In this document: positions 1 through 10,080 of the stretch, in pieces
How the letters are laid out: each line of letters starts with the position of its first letter
Position numbering within the stretch: position 1 is the first letter of the stretch
Origin: Ostreococcus lucimarinus
Taxonomy: Eukaryota
Strand: one strand, 5' to 3'
NCBI GenBank assembly: GCA_000092065.1
Contig: CP000583.1
DNA length: 64,000 bases
Notes under the pieces: generated by a model
Database searches by the model: none
What the model saw: the letters and a program-made list of their open reading frames with translations, nothing else
What the model was told of the DNA's origin: nothing
Program-made: the position numbers and the translations under genes

Positions 1-1014
1 GTGAACTTAGACTTGATTAAGGTTGAAGGCAAGGTGGGCGGCAAGCTAGAAGATACCATGTTGGTGAACGGTATCGTGTTGGACAAGGACATCAGCCACC
101 CGCAGATGGCGAAGGAGATTAAGGACGCAAAGATCGCCATCTTGACTTGCCCTTTTGAGCCGCCAAAGCCGAAGACGAAGCACAAGATTGAAATCGACAC
201 GGCGGAAAAGTACGAGGAGCTCCGTCAGCAAGAAGAAAAGTACTTTAACGACATGGTGAAGCAATGCAAGGACTGTGGCGCGACGCTCGTCATTTGCCAG
301 TGGGGTTTTGATGACGAGGCAAATTCGATGCTCATGCAGCAAAAGCTTCCCGCCATTCGCTGGGTCGGTGGTGTCGAGCTTGAGCTTTTGGCTATCGCCA
401 CTGGCGGTCGTATCGTACCGCGATTCACGGAGTTAACGCCAGAGAAACTCGGTTCAGCGGGCATGGTGAAGGAGGTTTCGTTTGGAACGACTAAGGAACG
501 CATGGTAATCATTGAAGACTGCGCCGCGAGCAAAGCGGTCACAGTCTTCGTGCGCGGCGGCAACAAAATGATGGTTGATGAAACGAAGCGTTCTCTGCAT
601 GACGCGATCTGTGTTGCTCGCAACTTGGTTCGATCGAACAACATTGTGTACGGCGGCGGTTCTGCTGAAGTTGCGTGCGCAATCGCCGTCGAGGAGGAAG
701 CCGACAAGATTCCAAGCGTCGAGCAATACGCCATGCGCGCCTTCGCGGACGCTCTTGACGCTGTTCCGAACGCTTTGGCCGAAAACAGCGGCCTTCCTCC
801 GATCGAGAGCGTGGCCACGATCAAGGCGCAGCAATTGAAGGACAAGAATCCGTTCCTCGGCGTCGACTGCAAAGAAATTGGCACCAACGACATGAAGTCT
901 CAGGGCGTGTTCGAGACTCTCATCGGCAAGCAGCAACAAATTTTGCTCGCCACGCAAGTCGTCAAGCTCATTCTCAAGATTGACGACGTAATCTTAGCGG
1001 GAGAAGGGCAGTAG
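1..1014 (+). CDS. CCT5: T-complex protein 1 subunit epsilon (CCT5), C-terminal 337 aa; the 5' part lies upstream of the window
   Basis: Near-collinear match to the CCT epsilon equatorial and C-terminal region ([45 protein letters not shown]). The frame is open from base 1 and ends in a TAG stop. Confidence 0.9.
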   Translation: MNLDLIKVEGKVGGKLEDTMLVNGIVLDKDISHPQMAKEIKDAKIAILTCPFEPPKPKTKHKIEIDTAEKYEELRQQEEKYFNDMVKQCKDCGATLVICQWGFDDEANSMLMQQKLPAIRWVGGVELELLAIATGGRIVPRFTELTPEKLGSAGMVKEVSFGTTKERMVIIEDCAASKAVTVFVRGGNKMMVDETKRSLHDAICVARNLVRSNNIVYGGGSAEVACAIAVEEEADKIPSVEQYAMRAFADALDAVPNALAENSGLPPIESVATIKAQQLKDKNPFLGVDCKEIGTNDMKSQGVFETLIGKQQQILLATQVVKLILKIDDVILAGEGQ

Positions 1015-1039
1015 TCGCCTTCTCTTCATTCAACACTTT

Positions 1040-1807
1040 ATGAATAGACAGCCAACCGACGCGCGTCACTCCCCGCACTCCCACTCCCTTCACGATCGAA
1101 GTCCTCCACCTCGCGCGCGCGCGCGGACGAGGATGCTCATCATCGACATCATCGACCACGTCGCCGCGCGGCGTCTCTTCCCCGAGCTCCGCGCCGCGCA
1201 CGTCGAATGTTTTCCGAACGATGTCCCGAACGACGAGTGCGTCCCGAACGATGGCGAGACCGAGGACGCCTTCTTCGATCGCGTCACCTGGCTCCACGAA
1301 GAGCGCGAAACAACGTGGTTCGTCCTGCGCGAGCTCGATGCGCGCGGACGTCGCGGTGCGATCGTCGGTTTTGCGTGTGGGTGCGCGTACGCGGATAGCT
1401 GGTACGGCGCGCACCTGGGCGTCGTCCCGAGACGGCGAGGCGAAGGGCTTGGATCGTATCTCATGTACGTTTCGCAGGCGCACGCGGGGAAATTAGGTAT
1501 CACTCGGTTGCAGGCGAGCGTGGAGGTGGATGGGAAGATCGGGCGAGGACGGTTGCTGAAGTATTACGAAAGGCACGGTGCTCGCGCGGTGGAGACGGGC
1601 TTTGGGAGCACAGGGTCGGTGGCGGCGAGCGTGATTCGGATAGAGAGAGCGTTTACGTTAGAGGTGGCGTTGAGGGAACTAGAAGATTCAGAGCGACGAG
1701 TGCGTGGATCAGCGCACTCGAGGAGTCGAAGCAATCGGTGGTTTGTCGCGGCGGCGATGACGGTTGTTTGCGTCGTCCTTCAAAAGCTGAGGTCTAGAAG
1801 GAAATAG
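1040..1807 (+). CDS. GNAT-family N-acetyltransferase-like protein
   Basis: An acetyl-CoA binding-like motif (VVPRRRGEGLGSYLM) follows beta strands. The start could be the ATG at 1040 or the one at 1132. GC3 is high. Confidence 0.45.
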   Translation: MNRQPTDARHSPHSHSLHDRSPPPRARARTRMLIIDIIDHVAARRLFPELRAAHVECFPNDVPNDECVPNDGETEDAFFDRVTWLHEERETTWFVLRELDARGRRGAIVGFACGCAYADSWYGAHLGVVPRRRGEGLGSYLMYVSQAHAGKLGITRLQASVEVDGKIGRGRLLKYYERHGARAVETGFGSTGSVAASVIRIERAFTLEVALRELEDSERRVRGSAHSRSRSNRWFVAAAMTVVCVVLQKLRSRRK

Positions 1808-1876
1808 AGTAGCATTAGTTGGTCTTCGTTGTATTTTACAAGGTACAAATGTAGGAAATAACTAATGTCAGCTAAT

Positions 1877-3472
1877 TCAGAGCTCTGTGACTTTCCAATT
1901 CGTTGGGATCGCGGGCTCGGCGTCGTCATTCTCTCTCCGCGCCGCGACGTCCTCGATGGGCATCTGTTCTCGCCTCACCACTCTCGGTCTTCCAGTTTCT
2001 CTATTCAGTTCGACGCCGAGACTTCTAGAGAGAAGCTCTTCACTTTCTTCTACGGCTTGAGGTTGAAGCTCGGCGATTTTACTGCGCGCCAGCTCACTAC
2101 TTTGCGTTAAGTTTCGCACTGCCCAAAGCGCCCACTCTCGGAGGTACGCCTCGCCTTCTTCGCCTCTCGTATGATTTAACACTATGGGTAATCCTCCCAA
2201 ATTCGCGACATCGTCACAGACACGCGCGCGATTGAACGCTGCGTTTCCAATAATCGCGATCAGGTCGACTCTGTAACCAGACCACGGGACTCGAGACGGA
2301 TACGTGACGTCGCTCTTCAACTCTTCCGGCACGCTTTGCTTGAGCTTCGGAGCGGCGGCGGGTCCCGTTGCCTTACTCGTCTGTCCTATACCTTCTGGTG
2401 CAGGTAACGCCGCGAGAAGCGATAGGGTAAGCCTGACGAGACCCATTGCCGCTAAACACGCGACGGTGTCGCCAGCATGAGGCTTCACCTCGCGCTCACT
2501 CATCGCGCGCAAAATACTCACGCACTCCATGAGTATCGACAGCGCAACTTTTCGCTCATCATCATCTACCGCGGCTTCGAACCGTGCGGCGACGACAGAG
2601 GTGGTATCTAATAGAAACGCTAAAACGCCTTCTGGCATTAAAAGTGGTGGTTGCTCGCCCTCGCGTATCTCGGAGTGAGGAATGTCGACGTACGACGTCG
2701 CATCTTTGTCGTTCAACAATGCAGCAATGAAATGCAGCAAAGTCGCCTGTTCGGACGTAAACACCATCTGAGGTAGATTCGTTTTGTGCGTACTTTCCAT
2801 GACCTCATTCACCCGAGAATCATCTTCGGCGAGCTCGACAAGACGCGCGCGAAGCATGGCCTCATTGAGAGCAGAAATTTCAGCACCGTTCGGCGATAAC
2901 GCGCGGAAAAGTTTTGGTAAACCGCCTCCTTTGCAACATATCGTACGAATCAGCGTCATCAAATGCGTACCACCGCCGACATTCTCGGGTTCTTCAACTT
3001 CTGTTGACGCACGCAATAGCGAGAGCCAAAAACTCTGCGCCATATCCACGACTTTCTCCGCGCGAGCGCCGTCGTGCTTCACGCACGCGTCCACGAATAC
3101 GCACGCCAATCCGTGCGTCTTCGCCCCTCCAATCCCGCGCAGTGAAGTCACGGCTTTGAGTGCATCTTCCATCGCCTCGCACTCCCACGCCTCGGTCAAA
3201 CACTCGCCATCGTCCATCCCCGCGTTGACGACGGTTTGCAACGCGAACATCGCGCACTTCGCCCGCGCCTCCTCCTCCCTCCCACCGCGTGCCTCCATCG
3301 TCCCCATCTCGCGCACGATCTCCATCAACATTCTACATCCCTCGTTTTCCCTCAACCGAGTCGTCTCCGCCGCGTTCCCCGCGCACGCGTTCCGTCCCTC
3401 TCTCGCTTCCTTCGACGCGCCCTCCGCGTCTCGTCCCCGCGCGCGCCTCGCGCACTCAACAACGCTCTCCAT
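1877..3472 (-). CDS. ATXN10: Ataxin-10 homolog (armadillo-type, Atx10homo_assoc-like C-terminus)
   Basis: 531-aa ORF with an ATG at 3472. The C-terminal block YRVDLIAIIGN...GGLPIVLNHT...REWALWAVRNLTQ resembles the conserved ataxin-10 domain. It lies tail-to-tail with the GNAT gene across a 69 bp gap. Confidence 0.5.
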   Translation of the reverse strand: MESVVECARRARGRDAEGASKEAREGRNACAGNAAETTRLRENEGCRMLMEIVREMGTMEARGGREEEARAKCAMFALQTVVNAGMDDGECLTEAWECEAMEDALKAVTSLRGIGGAKTHGLACVFVDACVKHDGARAEKVVDMAQSFWLSLLRASTEVEEPENVGGGTHLMTLIRTICCKGGGLPKLFRALSPNGAEISALNEAMLRARLVELAEDDSRVNEVMESTHKTNLPQMVFTSEQATLLHFIAALLNDKDATSYVDIPHSEIREGEQPPLLMPEGVLAFLLDTTSVVAARFEAAVDDDERKVALSILMECVSILRAMSEREVKPHAGDTVACLAAMGLVRLTLSLLAALPAPEGIGQTSKATGPAAAPKLKQSVPEELKSDVTYPSRVPWSGYRVDLIAIIGNAAFNRARVCDDVANLGGLPIVLNHTRGEEGEAYLREWALWAVRNLTQSSELARSKIAELQPQAVEESEELLSRSLGVELNRETGRPRVVRREQMPIEDVAARRENDDAEPAIPTNWKVTEL

Positions 3473-3843
3473 CTCCCCTCGCCTTCCCTCGGCTCGGTCC
3501 TTGACAGCACAGCAGCAACGTCCACCCTCGCGCCAGGGCGAAGACGCCCGCTTCGCAGTGATTCCTTTCGCGCGCCGCTTTCGTCCCCGCGTGTCGCGGT
3601 TTCACCGGCGCGAATTCCGCGTCGTCCGCCGCGCTCGCGAACGCGCTCGCCGACGCGCTCTCGCTCAGCGCGCTCGCGGACTCGCTCGCGCTCAGCGCCG
3701 GTCCCGTCGTCCCGTCCCGCGCGCTCGATCGAGCGTCGCGCGCGTCGCGCATCGACGACGCGGCGCCGAGTGCCGCCGAGCGACCGCAATCCGCGACGCG
3801 CGGTCGATCGACGCGTCGAGCGCGACGCGCGATGAGCGGGACG

Positions 3844-6194
3844 ATGCGCGTGGCGAACTGCCCGAGTCAGGTGCGCGCGCGCGCGGCGCGCGAGGGCGAG
3901 ACGAGCGCGAGCGAGCGCGATTCGAGATTGCGAATCGAATCGCGCGTCGAATCGTGAAACGATGAAACGACGAAGACTGACGGAGACGCGACGCGCGCGG
4001 GACGCAGGAACTGGCGCTGACGAACTGCGCGTTCGTGAACGATGCCGACGTCGAGGCGTGCGCGCCGTACGTGGAGATTGGCGATTGCGTGTTTTTGACG
4101 CGCGCGAGCGCGGAGGTGGCGCCGGGGGCGGTGGGACTCAACGGCGTGCAGCGAAAACAGCTGCGAGTGAGCACCGGAGACGCGGTGAAGTGGCGAAAGT
4201 ACGAACCGCCGAGCCGAGAGTTCGATTGCGCGGGAATGACGATCGAGTTGGAGTTCACGCGACCGGCGTTAGCGGCGAGTTTGATCGCGAAGAACGCGCA
4301 CGAGGGCGTGGACGCGAATTCGATGACGACGATTTTGCGTAGGACATTTAGCTCGCAGGTGTTCACCGTGGGACAAAAGGCGGCGGTTGAGTACTGTGGG
4401 AATAATTATTTGCTTAGTGTGAATCACGTCGTCGTGGAGGGGGCGAGGGAAGGCGTGACATCGCTGCGAGGGATGTTTACGCCGTCGACGGCCGTCGTGT
4501 ACGAGGCGTCGTCCAATAGCGGTATAAAAATTTTAGGTCAAAAAGCGGCGGTGATGAACACAGGGTTGTTCAAGAGTAAAGATTTTAGTTTTTCCAAGCT
4601 CGGAATCGGGGGTCTGGATCAACAATTCGAGGACATCTTTCGACGAGCGTTTTCGTCGAGAATTTTCCCGCAGAGCGTAGTGCAACGCCTCGGGATCCAA
4701 CACGTCAAAGGTATGCTCCTTCACGGTCCCCCGGGTACGGGCAAAACTCTGATCGCGAGGCAAATCGGGAAAATGTTGAACGGCAAAGAGCCGAAAATCG
4801 TGAACGGGCCGGAGGTAATGTCCAAGTACGTCGGACAATCGGAAGAAAACGTTCGTAAGTTGTTTGAAGACGCCGAAGCCGAGTACAAAGCGCGCGGAGA
4901 CGATAGTGATTTGCACATCATAATCTTCGACGAGATCGATGCGGTGTGTAAATCTCGTGGAAGTGTTTCGAGTGGCACAGGCGTGCACGACTCCATAGTC
5001 AACCAGTTGCTTACGAAGATTGACGGCGTCGACGCGTTGAACAACATCTTGCTCATCGGTATGACGAATAGAAAGGATATGTTGGACGAGGCAATCTTGC
5101 GCCCCGGTCGCTTAGAGGTGCACATCGAAATCGGTTTGCCCGATGAGAACGGACGGATACAGATCTTGAACATTCACTCGAATAAGATGAGTGAAAATGA
5201 GTTTCTCGGCGGCGACGTCGACTTGGCGGAATTGGCCAAGCGCACGGGCAACTTTAGCGGAGCTGAGATTGAAGGCTTGGTGAAATCCGCGGTGTCGTTC
5301 GCGCTGACGAGGCAAGTGGATATGAATGATATCGGTGCACCGATTGACGAAGATAATATCAAAGTCACGATGGCAGATTTCGAGCTCGCGCTGCTCGAGG
5401 TCAAACCAGCGTTTGGGGCGTCGACGGATCTATTCGAACGGTGCATGTTGAATGGAATGATTTCGTACGGAGAAAAGTACGAAAAGCTCGTCTCGACCAT
5501 GGAGTCACTCATCGAGCAAGTCAGGGTGTCGGAGAAGACTCCCATGCTGACGTGCTTGCTCGAAGGTGGCGCCGGGAGTGGAAAAACGGCGCTCGCAGCC
5601 GCGCTCGCGATCAAGTCGCAGTTCCCGTTCACCAAGCTCTTGACCTCAGACGGTTTCGTCGGTGCCTCCGAAGCGGCGAAGTGTCAAGCTCTCGCAAAAT
5701 TGTTCGATGATGCCTACAAGTCGCCGGTCTCGTTGATCGTATTGGACGATATCGAGCGCTTGCTCGAGTACGTCGCCATCGGCCCGCGCTTTAGCAACGT
5801 CGTCTTGCAGGCGCTCTTGGTGTTGCTCAAACGTCAACCCCCACCCGGACGAAAGCTGTTGGTGATCGGTACGACGTCGTTACCACTCGTTTTCGAGGAC
5901 ATGGGTCTCAACGCCGCCTTCAACGTCTCCTTACACGTTCCCGAGTTGAGCCCTAGCGAAACCTCCGCCGTGCTCGCCGAGCTCGGCGCCTTTGACGCCG
6001 TCGATCTTCCGCGGGCGTGTCAAGCGCTCCAAGCCCTCACGGGCGACCGCGTGCCGATTAAGCGATTATTCATGCTTCTCGAGATGGCGCGTCACGGCAA
6101 AGACGATCTCGGCGATTCCATGGACGTCGGCGACGGCCGTCGCGTCGTCGCCCTCGACCGCTGGGTCGCCTGTCTTCGCGATCTCGCGCAGTGA
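3844..6194 (+). CDS. NSF: Vesicle-fusing ATPase NSF. Two exons: 3844..3870 and 4008..6194, with intron 3871..4007
   Basis: The large exon carries the N-domain plus D1 and D2 AAA domains ([26 protein letters not shown], second P-loop GGAGSGKT). The large ORF has no in-frame ATG. A 9-codon micro-exon (MRVANCPSQ) joins to ELALTNCAFVND through a GTGCGC...CTGAC...CAG intron. This reproduces the conserved NSF N-terminus (M..ARCPTDELSLTNCAVVNE). Confidence 0.85.
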
Positions 6195-6585
6195 GCGCGT
6201 CGCGCTCGCGCGCGCCGCGCGTCGCGCGCGTCGTCGCCGCGTCGCGCGCGTCTTAGATCTACTACTTCGTATATATCACAATCAAATCTCGCTCTTCGTC
6301 ACCGCGCGCGTCGCCTCTCGCCTCGCCGCTCGATCACCCATCAATCGCCCCGTCCTCCGCGCTCGCTCACTTCTTCGCCGACGACCGCCCGAACAGCCCG
6401 GTGAATCCGTTGACGACGATCCCGTACGTCAATCCCGCGGTCACCGCGCCGACGCGCAGGAACGCGGCGAGCGAGCTCGTCCCCGAGTACGGCCCACCCA
6501 TCGCGCGCGTCGCAGTGCCGGCACCCAGGCAGGCAGTCGACCGGCGACCAGTGGCCGAATGCTGAACACTTAATACTTTTAATTC

Positions 6586-6690
6586 TCGTCGAGTTTTCTG
6601 CGCATTTACCGTGATTTAGAGCTATGCGTTCAAAACTCGCGAATGCGTTTTGTCCAGCCTGCGCAACGCCGATTTCTTAAACCCTTTTCA
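6586..6690. repeat. Copy A of a duplicated ~80-bp element plus an 18-bp motif (TTCTTAAACCCTTTTCAT)
   Basis: It is near-identical (2 mismatches in ~80 bp) to 7762..7842. The 18-mer recurs at 7726..7743. Both copies sit just 3' of plus-strand genes. Confidence 0.8.
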
Positions 6691-6947
6691 TAAGGAATTT
6701 ACCGTACTGTAATTTACCCCCGGGATCTCGCGGGATGATAGGTATAAATCAATTAATATATGTGGTCATACGGCCAAATAGTGAGGCTCCATATGTCCGA
6801 CCGACCATGTCGACACCCGCGACACCCGTGTCAACACCCGCGAGTATGGGTCCATGTTTGATTTGATTCTCGCGCGGGGTTGGCAGGCAATTCACTCACT
6901 CCTCCACGCGTCCGCGTCAGCAATTCACTCCTCGACGCGTCGCGGCG

Positions 6948-7676
6948 ATGAACGCGTACGACTCCATCGAACGCGGCGCTGCCGACGAGTGCGAACCTTT
7001 AACAGGACGACGACCACGGACGTTTACTCTCACGCAACTGCTCGTCGCGTGCGGCGCCGTGTGCGTCTGTGCGATCGGGGCGACGATGTTCGTGAACACT
7101 CACGCTCAACTGGCCGACGCTGGTTATGGTGGCGACTCGATCCAATCCTCTGGTTGTCCAATTCAAGACTGGGTTGATGATTCTTTGTGCGCGGCGAGTC
7201 CGCCCGGCCTATCCGAGTCTAAAAGCCGAGGTCGCGCGCTGCTTGGCTCGCGAAACACATCAAGTGAAACATCAATTGACACATCAAGTGACACATCAAG
7301 TGAAACATCAATTGACAACACATCAAGTGACACATCAAGTGACACATCATCAGACACATCAAGTTCCAATCAAGTGTCCATTCCGTCGTGCGCAAAAATA
7401 CCGCCGCGTCCGAAATCAAGTGATTCGGTAAGCTGCAACGGCCACGGTTGGTGTCATGAAGGCACAACGGCAAGTGGCAACAAGCCACACTGCGATTGCA
7501 ACGCTGGTTATGGTGGATCTCATTGCGAAACGAAGATTCTGAACCTGGAAGACCTCAGTATCAAAGTCGCCGACATCGAGGAGGAGATGGAGAAAATGGC
7601 TGAATCCGCAGTCGAGACCATCAAACTCGAGGAGCAACCGCTGCTGCACGAGCACGGGCACGAGCATGGGGAATGA
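6948..7676 (+). CDS. Type-II membrane protein with a Ser/Thr-rich tandem-repeat (mucin-like) stalk and an EGF-like Cys domain
   Basis: An N-terminal signal-anchor (LLVACGAVCVCAIGA) is followed by (TSS[DE]TSID)n repeats and a C..C.GHGWC..C.C..GYGG.HC EGF pattern. The C-terminus is acidic with an HEHGHEHGE tail. Confidence 0.55.
   Translation: MNAYDSIERGAADECEPLTGRRPRTFTLTQLLVACGAVCVCAIGATMFVNTHAQLADAGYGGDSIQSSGCPIQDWVDDSLCAASPPGLSESKSRGRALLGSRNTSSETSIDTSSDTSSETSIDNTSSDTSSDTSSDTSSSNQVSIPSCAKIPPRPKSSDSVSCNGHGWCHEGTTASGNKPHCDCNAGYGGSHCETKILNLEDLSIKVADIEEEMEKMAESAVETIKLEEQPLLHEHGHEHGE
7255..7368 (+). repeat. Coding tandem repeat (ACATCAAGTGA[AC]-like 9-12 nt units) encoding the Ser/Thr-rich stalk
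   Basis: Directly visible periodicity within CDS 6948..7676. Confidence 0.8.
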
Positions 7677-7725
7677 CACTACTGAGCGACCCACAATTTC
7701 AAGCAAATTCAAGAATAATTTTCAA

Positions 7726-7842
7726 TTTCTTAAACCCTTTTCATATATATCTTATATATATTTCTTGTCGAGTTTTCTGCGCATTTACCGTGATTTAGAG
7801 CTATGCGTTCGAAACTCGCGAATGCGTTTTGTCCAGCCCGCG
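7726..7842. repeat. Copy B of the duplicated element; here the 18-bp motif is followed by the ~80-bp unit
   Basis: See copy A. The order of motif and unit is swapped relative to copy A, and both copies are in direct orientation. Confidence 0.8.
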
Positions 7843-7912
7843 CACGCCCGCGACTGAAATTTGAAACGTTCGCGACGACGCGCGACGCTGGCGCGAGAGC
7901 GAGACGCGCGAC

Positions 7913-8123
7913 ATGCTGCGCGCGACGCGCGGAGGGATGGCGTGCGCGTCGATGGCGCGCGCGCGGGCCGCGCGGGCCGCGACCCCGACGCCGCGATGCG
8001 TCGCGGCGGCGGCGTTCGGACGCGGACGCGCGGGCGCGGGGAAGGCGATGACGGTGCGCTTCGGCGTCGGGGCGACGCGCCGAGGCGCGGCGCGAGGGAA
8101 GTCCGCGAGCGTGGGCGGTGGGA

Positions 8124-8165
<42 letters not shown>

Positions 8166-8770
8166 GCGACGGCGGTGGCGACGGCGCGGCGGGCGGCGTT
8201 CAAACGTTGTGGGCGGCGTATCTCAACGCGCTCGAAAAGAATCCGTTGGCGACGAAGTGCGCGACGAGTGGGGTGCTGAATGCGTTGGGTGATTTGTTTG
8301 CGCAGTTTTCGTTCGATGACGCCGCGAAGAAGGGGATCGATTGGCGTCGGGCGGGCGTGTTTACGTTTCTCGGCGGCGCGTTGGTTGGACCCGCGCTGCA
8401 CTTTTGGTACGGCACGCTCGGGAAGATTGTCACCGCGCAAGGCAGCGCCAAGGCGTTCATCAGCTTGGTTTTAGATCAAGGTTTGTTCGCGCCGGCGTTT
8501 TTGTGCGTGTTTTTGAGCTCGCTGTTCACGATCGAAGGCAAGGCGAGCGAAATCGTTCCCAAGCTCAAGCAAGATTTTGCGCCGACGGTGATGGCGAACT
8601 GGAACATCTGGATCCCTTTCCAGTTCTTGAATTTCCGTTTCGTTCCGCTGAACTTGCAAGTCGCTGCCGCTAACGTCGTGGCGCTGTTATGGAACACGTA
8701 CCTCTCGTGGGCGTCGCACAAGGAAGTCGTCGTCGAGACGGCGAGCAAAGGAAAGAAGAGTAAGAAGTAG
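7913..8770 (+). CDS. MPV17: Mpv17/PMP22-family membrane protein with an N-terminal presequence and a poly-Gly tract
   Basis: Mpv17/PMP22 signature from LWAAYLNALEKNPL through NWNIWIPFQFLNFRFVP. A (GGC)n microsatellite at 8123..8190 encodes G16. Confidence 0.8.
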
Positions 8771-8831
8771 TTCTGGTGGAGGTTAGTTGTTTTTAATACG
8801 ATATACACTACAAGCAAGCGAACAGATGAAA

Positions 8832-10037
8832 TCAAATCGTCGCCCCCGAACACGAAGACCCCGAGCCCGCGGTGCAGCCGAAACAATGGTTGTCCGCGAC
8901 GATGCGCGAGCCGACCAAGTCGTCGCACGAGTCGAGATCGAAAATTGTCTTCTTCTCATCGCGCACCGGCATGTCGAGTTGTTGGTTGAAGTCGCAGTCG
9001 TACAGCGTTCCATCCCAAGACACGCTGATCAGATCACGGCACATTACCCCCACCGAAGCCGCAACGTTGAAATTTTCGACGAGTAAACTCATGTACTCGC
9101 TCGTCTTGCCCTCGCGATGCAAATAATCGGCAAAGCGCTTGATGGGCATGTTCGTCAACGTGAACAATCGCGAGAATTCCACGCCCCAAGTATCTCTCAA
9201 CTCGCTGCGGTACGCCACCTCTAGGTTTTCTTGCGCCGGTGGCAAGAATGCTCCTCCAGGATTATACATGAGATCGAGCTCGAGCCCCGAGCCTTCGACC
9301 CCGTATCCGACGGCGTTCAAGTCGCGCAACGCCGCGATGGATCTTTCGAACACCCCTTTTCCTCGCTGCGCGTCCGTGTTCGCCTCGCTGTAACATGGTA
9401 ACGAAGCGACTACTTTGACCTTATTTTCTGCCAAAAACTGTGGCAAATCCTCCTGCCCCTCCTCGTACAGCACCGTCAAGTTGCACCTGTCGATGACGTC
9501 GACGCCGAGCGCCCTCGCCTCGCGAACGAGAAATCTAAACTGCTCGTGCAACTCGGGCGCCCCCCCAGTGAGATCCAACGTCTTCACGTTCGAAGAATTT
9601 TTCAGCACGCGCACCACGGCTTGCGCCGTCGCCGCATCCATCACCTCCGTCGTGCGCAACGGCGACGATTCCACGTGACAGTGCGCGCACGCCTGGTTAC
9701 AATACAACCCAATGTTTACTTGTAAAATCGTCGTCGGCTCGCGAATCAGCGCCTTCCCCCCTCGCGTCTCGAGATACGACTCGAACGACGGCACCCCGAT
9801 CGTGTCCAGCGCCCGTCGTCGTCGCGCGCGCTCTTCCTTCGTCAGCGCTTTTTGTCCGAGCGTTTCCAGCCGCGTCTTGGCTGTCTGAAACTCGTCATCC
9901 GTCGCCATTTCTGCGAGCGTTTCGTCGATGATGCTGTCGAAACGGCGCGCGACGCGCGCGGAAGTCGTCGAGAACGTCTGTTTGCGCGTCTTCGCGCGGA
10001 GCGTCGACGGCGCGACCGGCGACGCACGGGCGAGCAT
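8832..10037 (-). CDS. Radical SAM/Cys-rich domain protein (ArsS-like, TIGR04167-type)
   Basis: A CNQACAHC radical-SAM cluster motif, a TIM-barrel region and a C-terminal Cys-rich tail HCFGCTAGSGSSCSGA. There is an ATG at 10037 and the N-terminus resembles a presequence. Confidence 0.6.
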   Translation of the reverse strand: MLARASPVAPSTLRAKTRKQTFSTTSARVARRFDSIIDETLAEMATDDEFQTAKTRLETLGQKALTKEERARRRRALDTIGVPSFESYLETRGGKALIREPTTILQVNIGLYCNQACAHCHVESSPLRTTEVMDAATAQAVVRVLKNSSNVKTLDLTGGAPELHEQFRFLVREARALGVDVIDRCNLTVLYEEGQEDLPQFLAENKVKVVASLPCYSEANTDAQRGKGVFERSIAALRDLNAVGYGVEGSGLELDLMYNPGGAFLPPAQENLEVAYRSELRDTWGVEFSRLFTLTNMPIKRFADYLHREGKTSEYMSLLVENFNVAASVGVMCRDLISVSWDGTLYDCDFNQQLDMPVRDEKKTIFDLDSCDDLVGSRIVADNHCFGCTAGSGSSCSGATI

Positions 10038-10080
10038 GGTGCGGAGTTGTGACGTCGAGTGACTTTTTTGAGATTACAGC

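Noticed and set aside
8808-8834. TGA stop of the radical SAM/Cys-rich gene as a possible selenocysteine codon (some members of this family and many picoalgal proteins use Sec)
   Set aside because: Read-through would add only 7 residues (FHLFACL) before a TAG, with no extended conserved Cys/Sec motif. No SECIS-like structure is obvious in the short 3' region. It is treated as a genuine stop.
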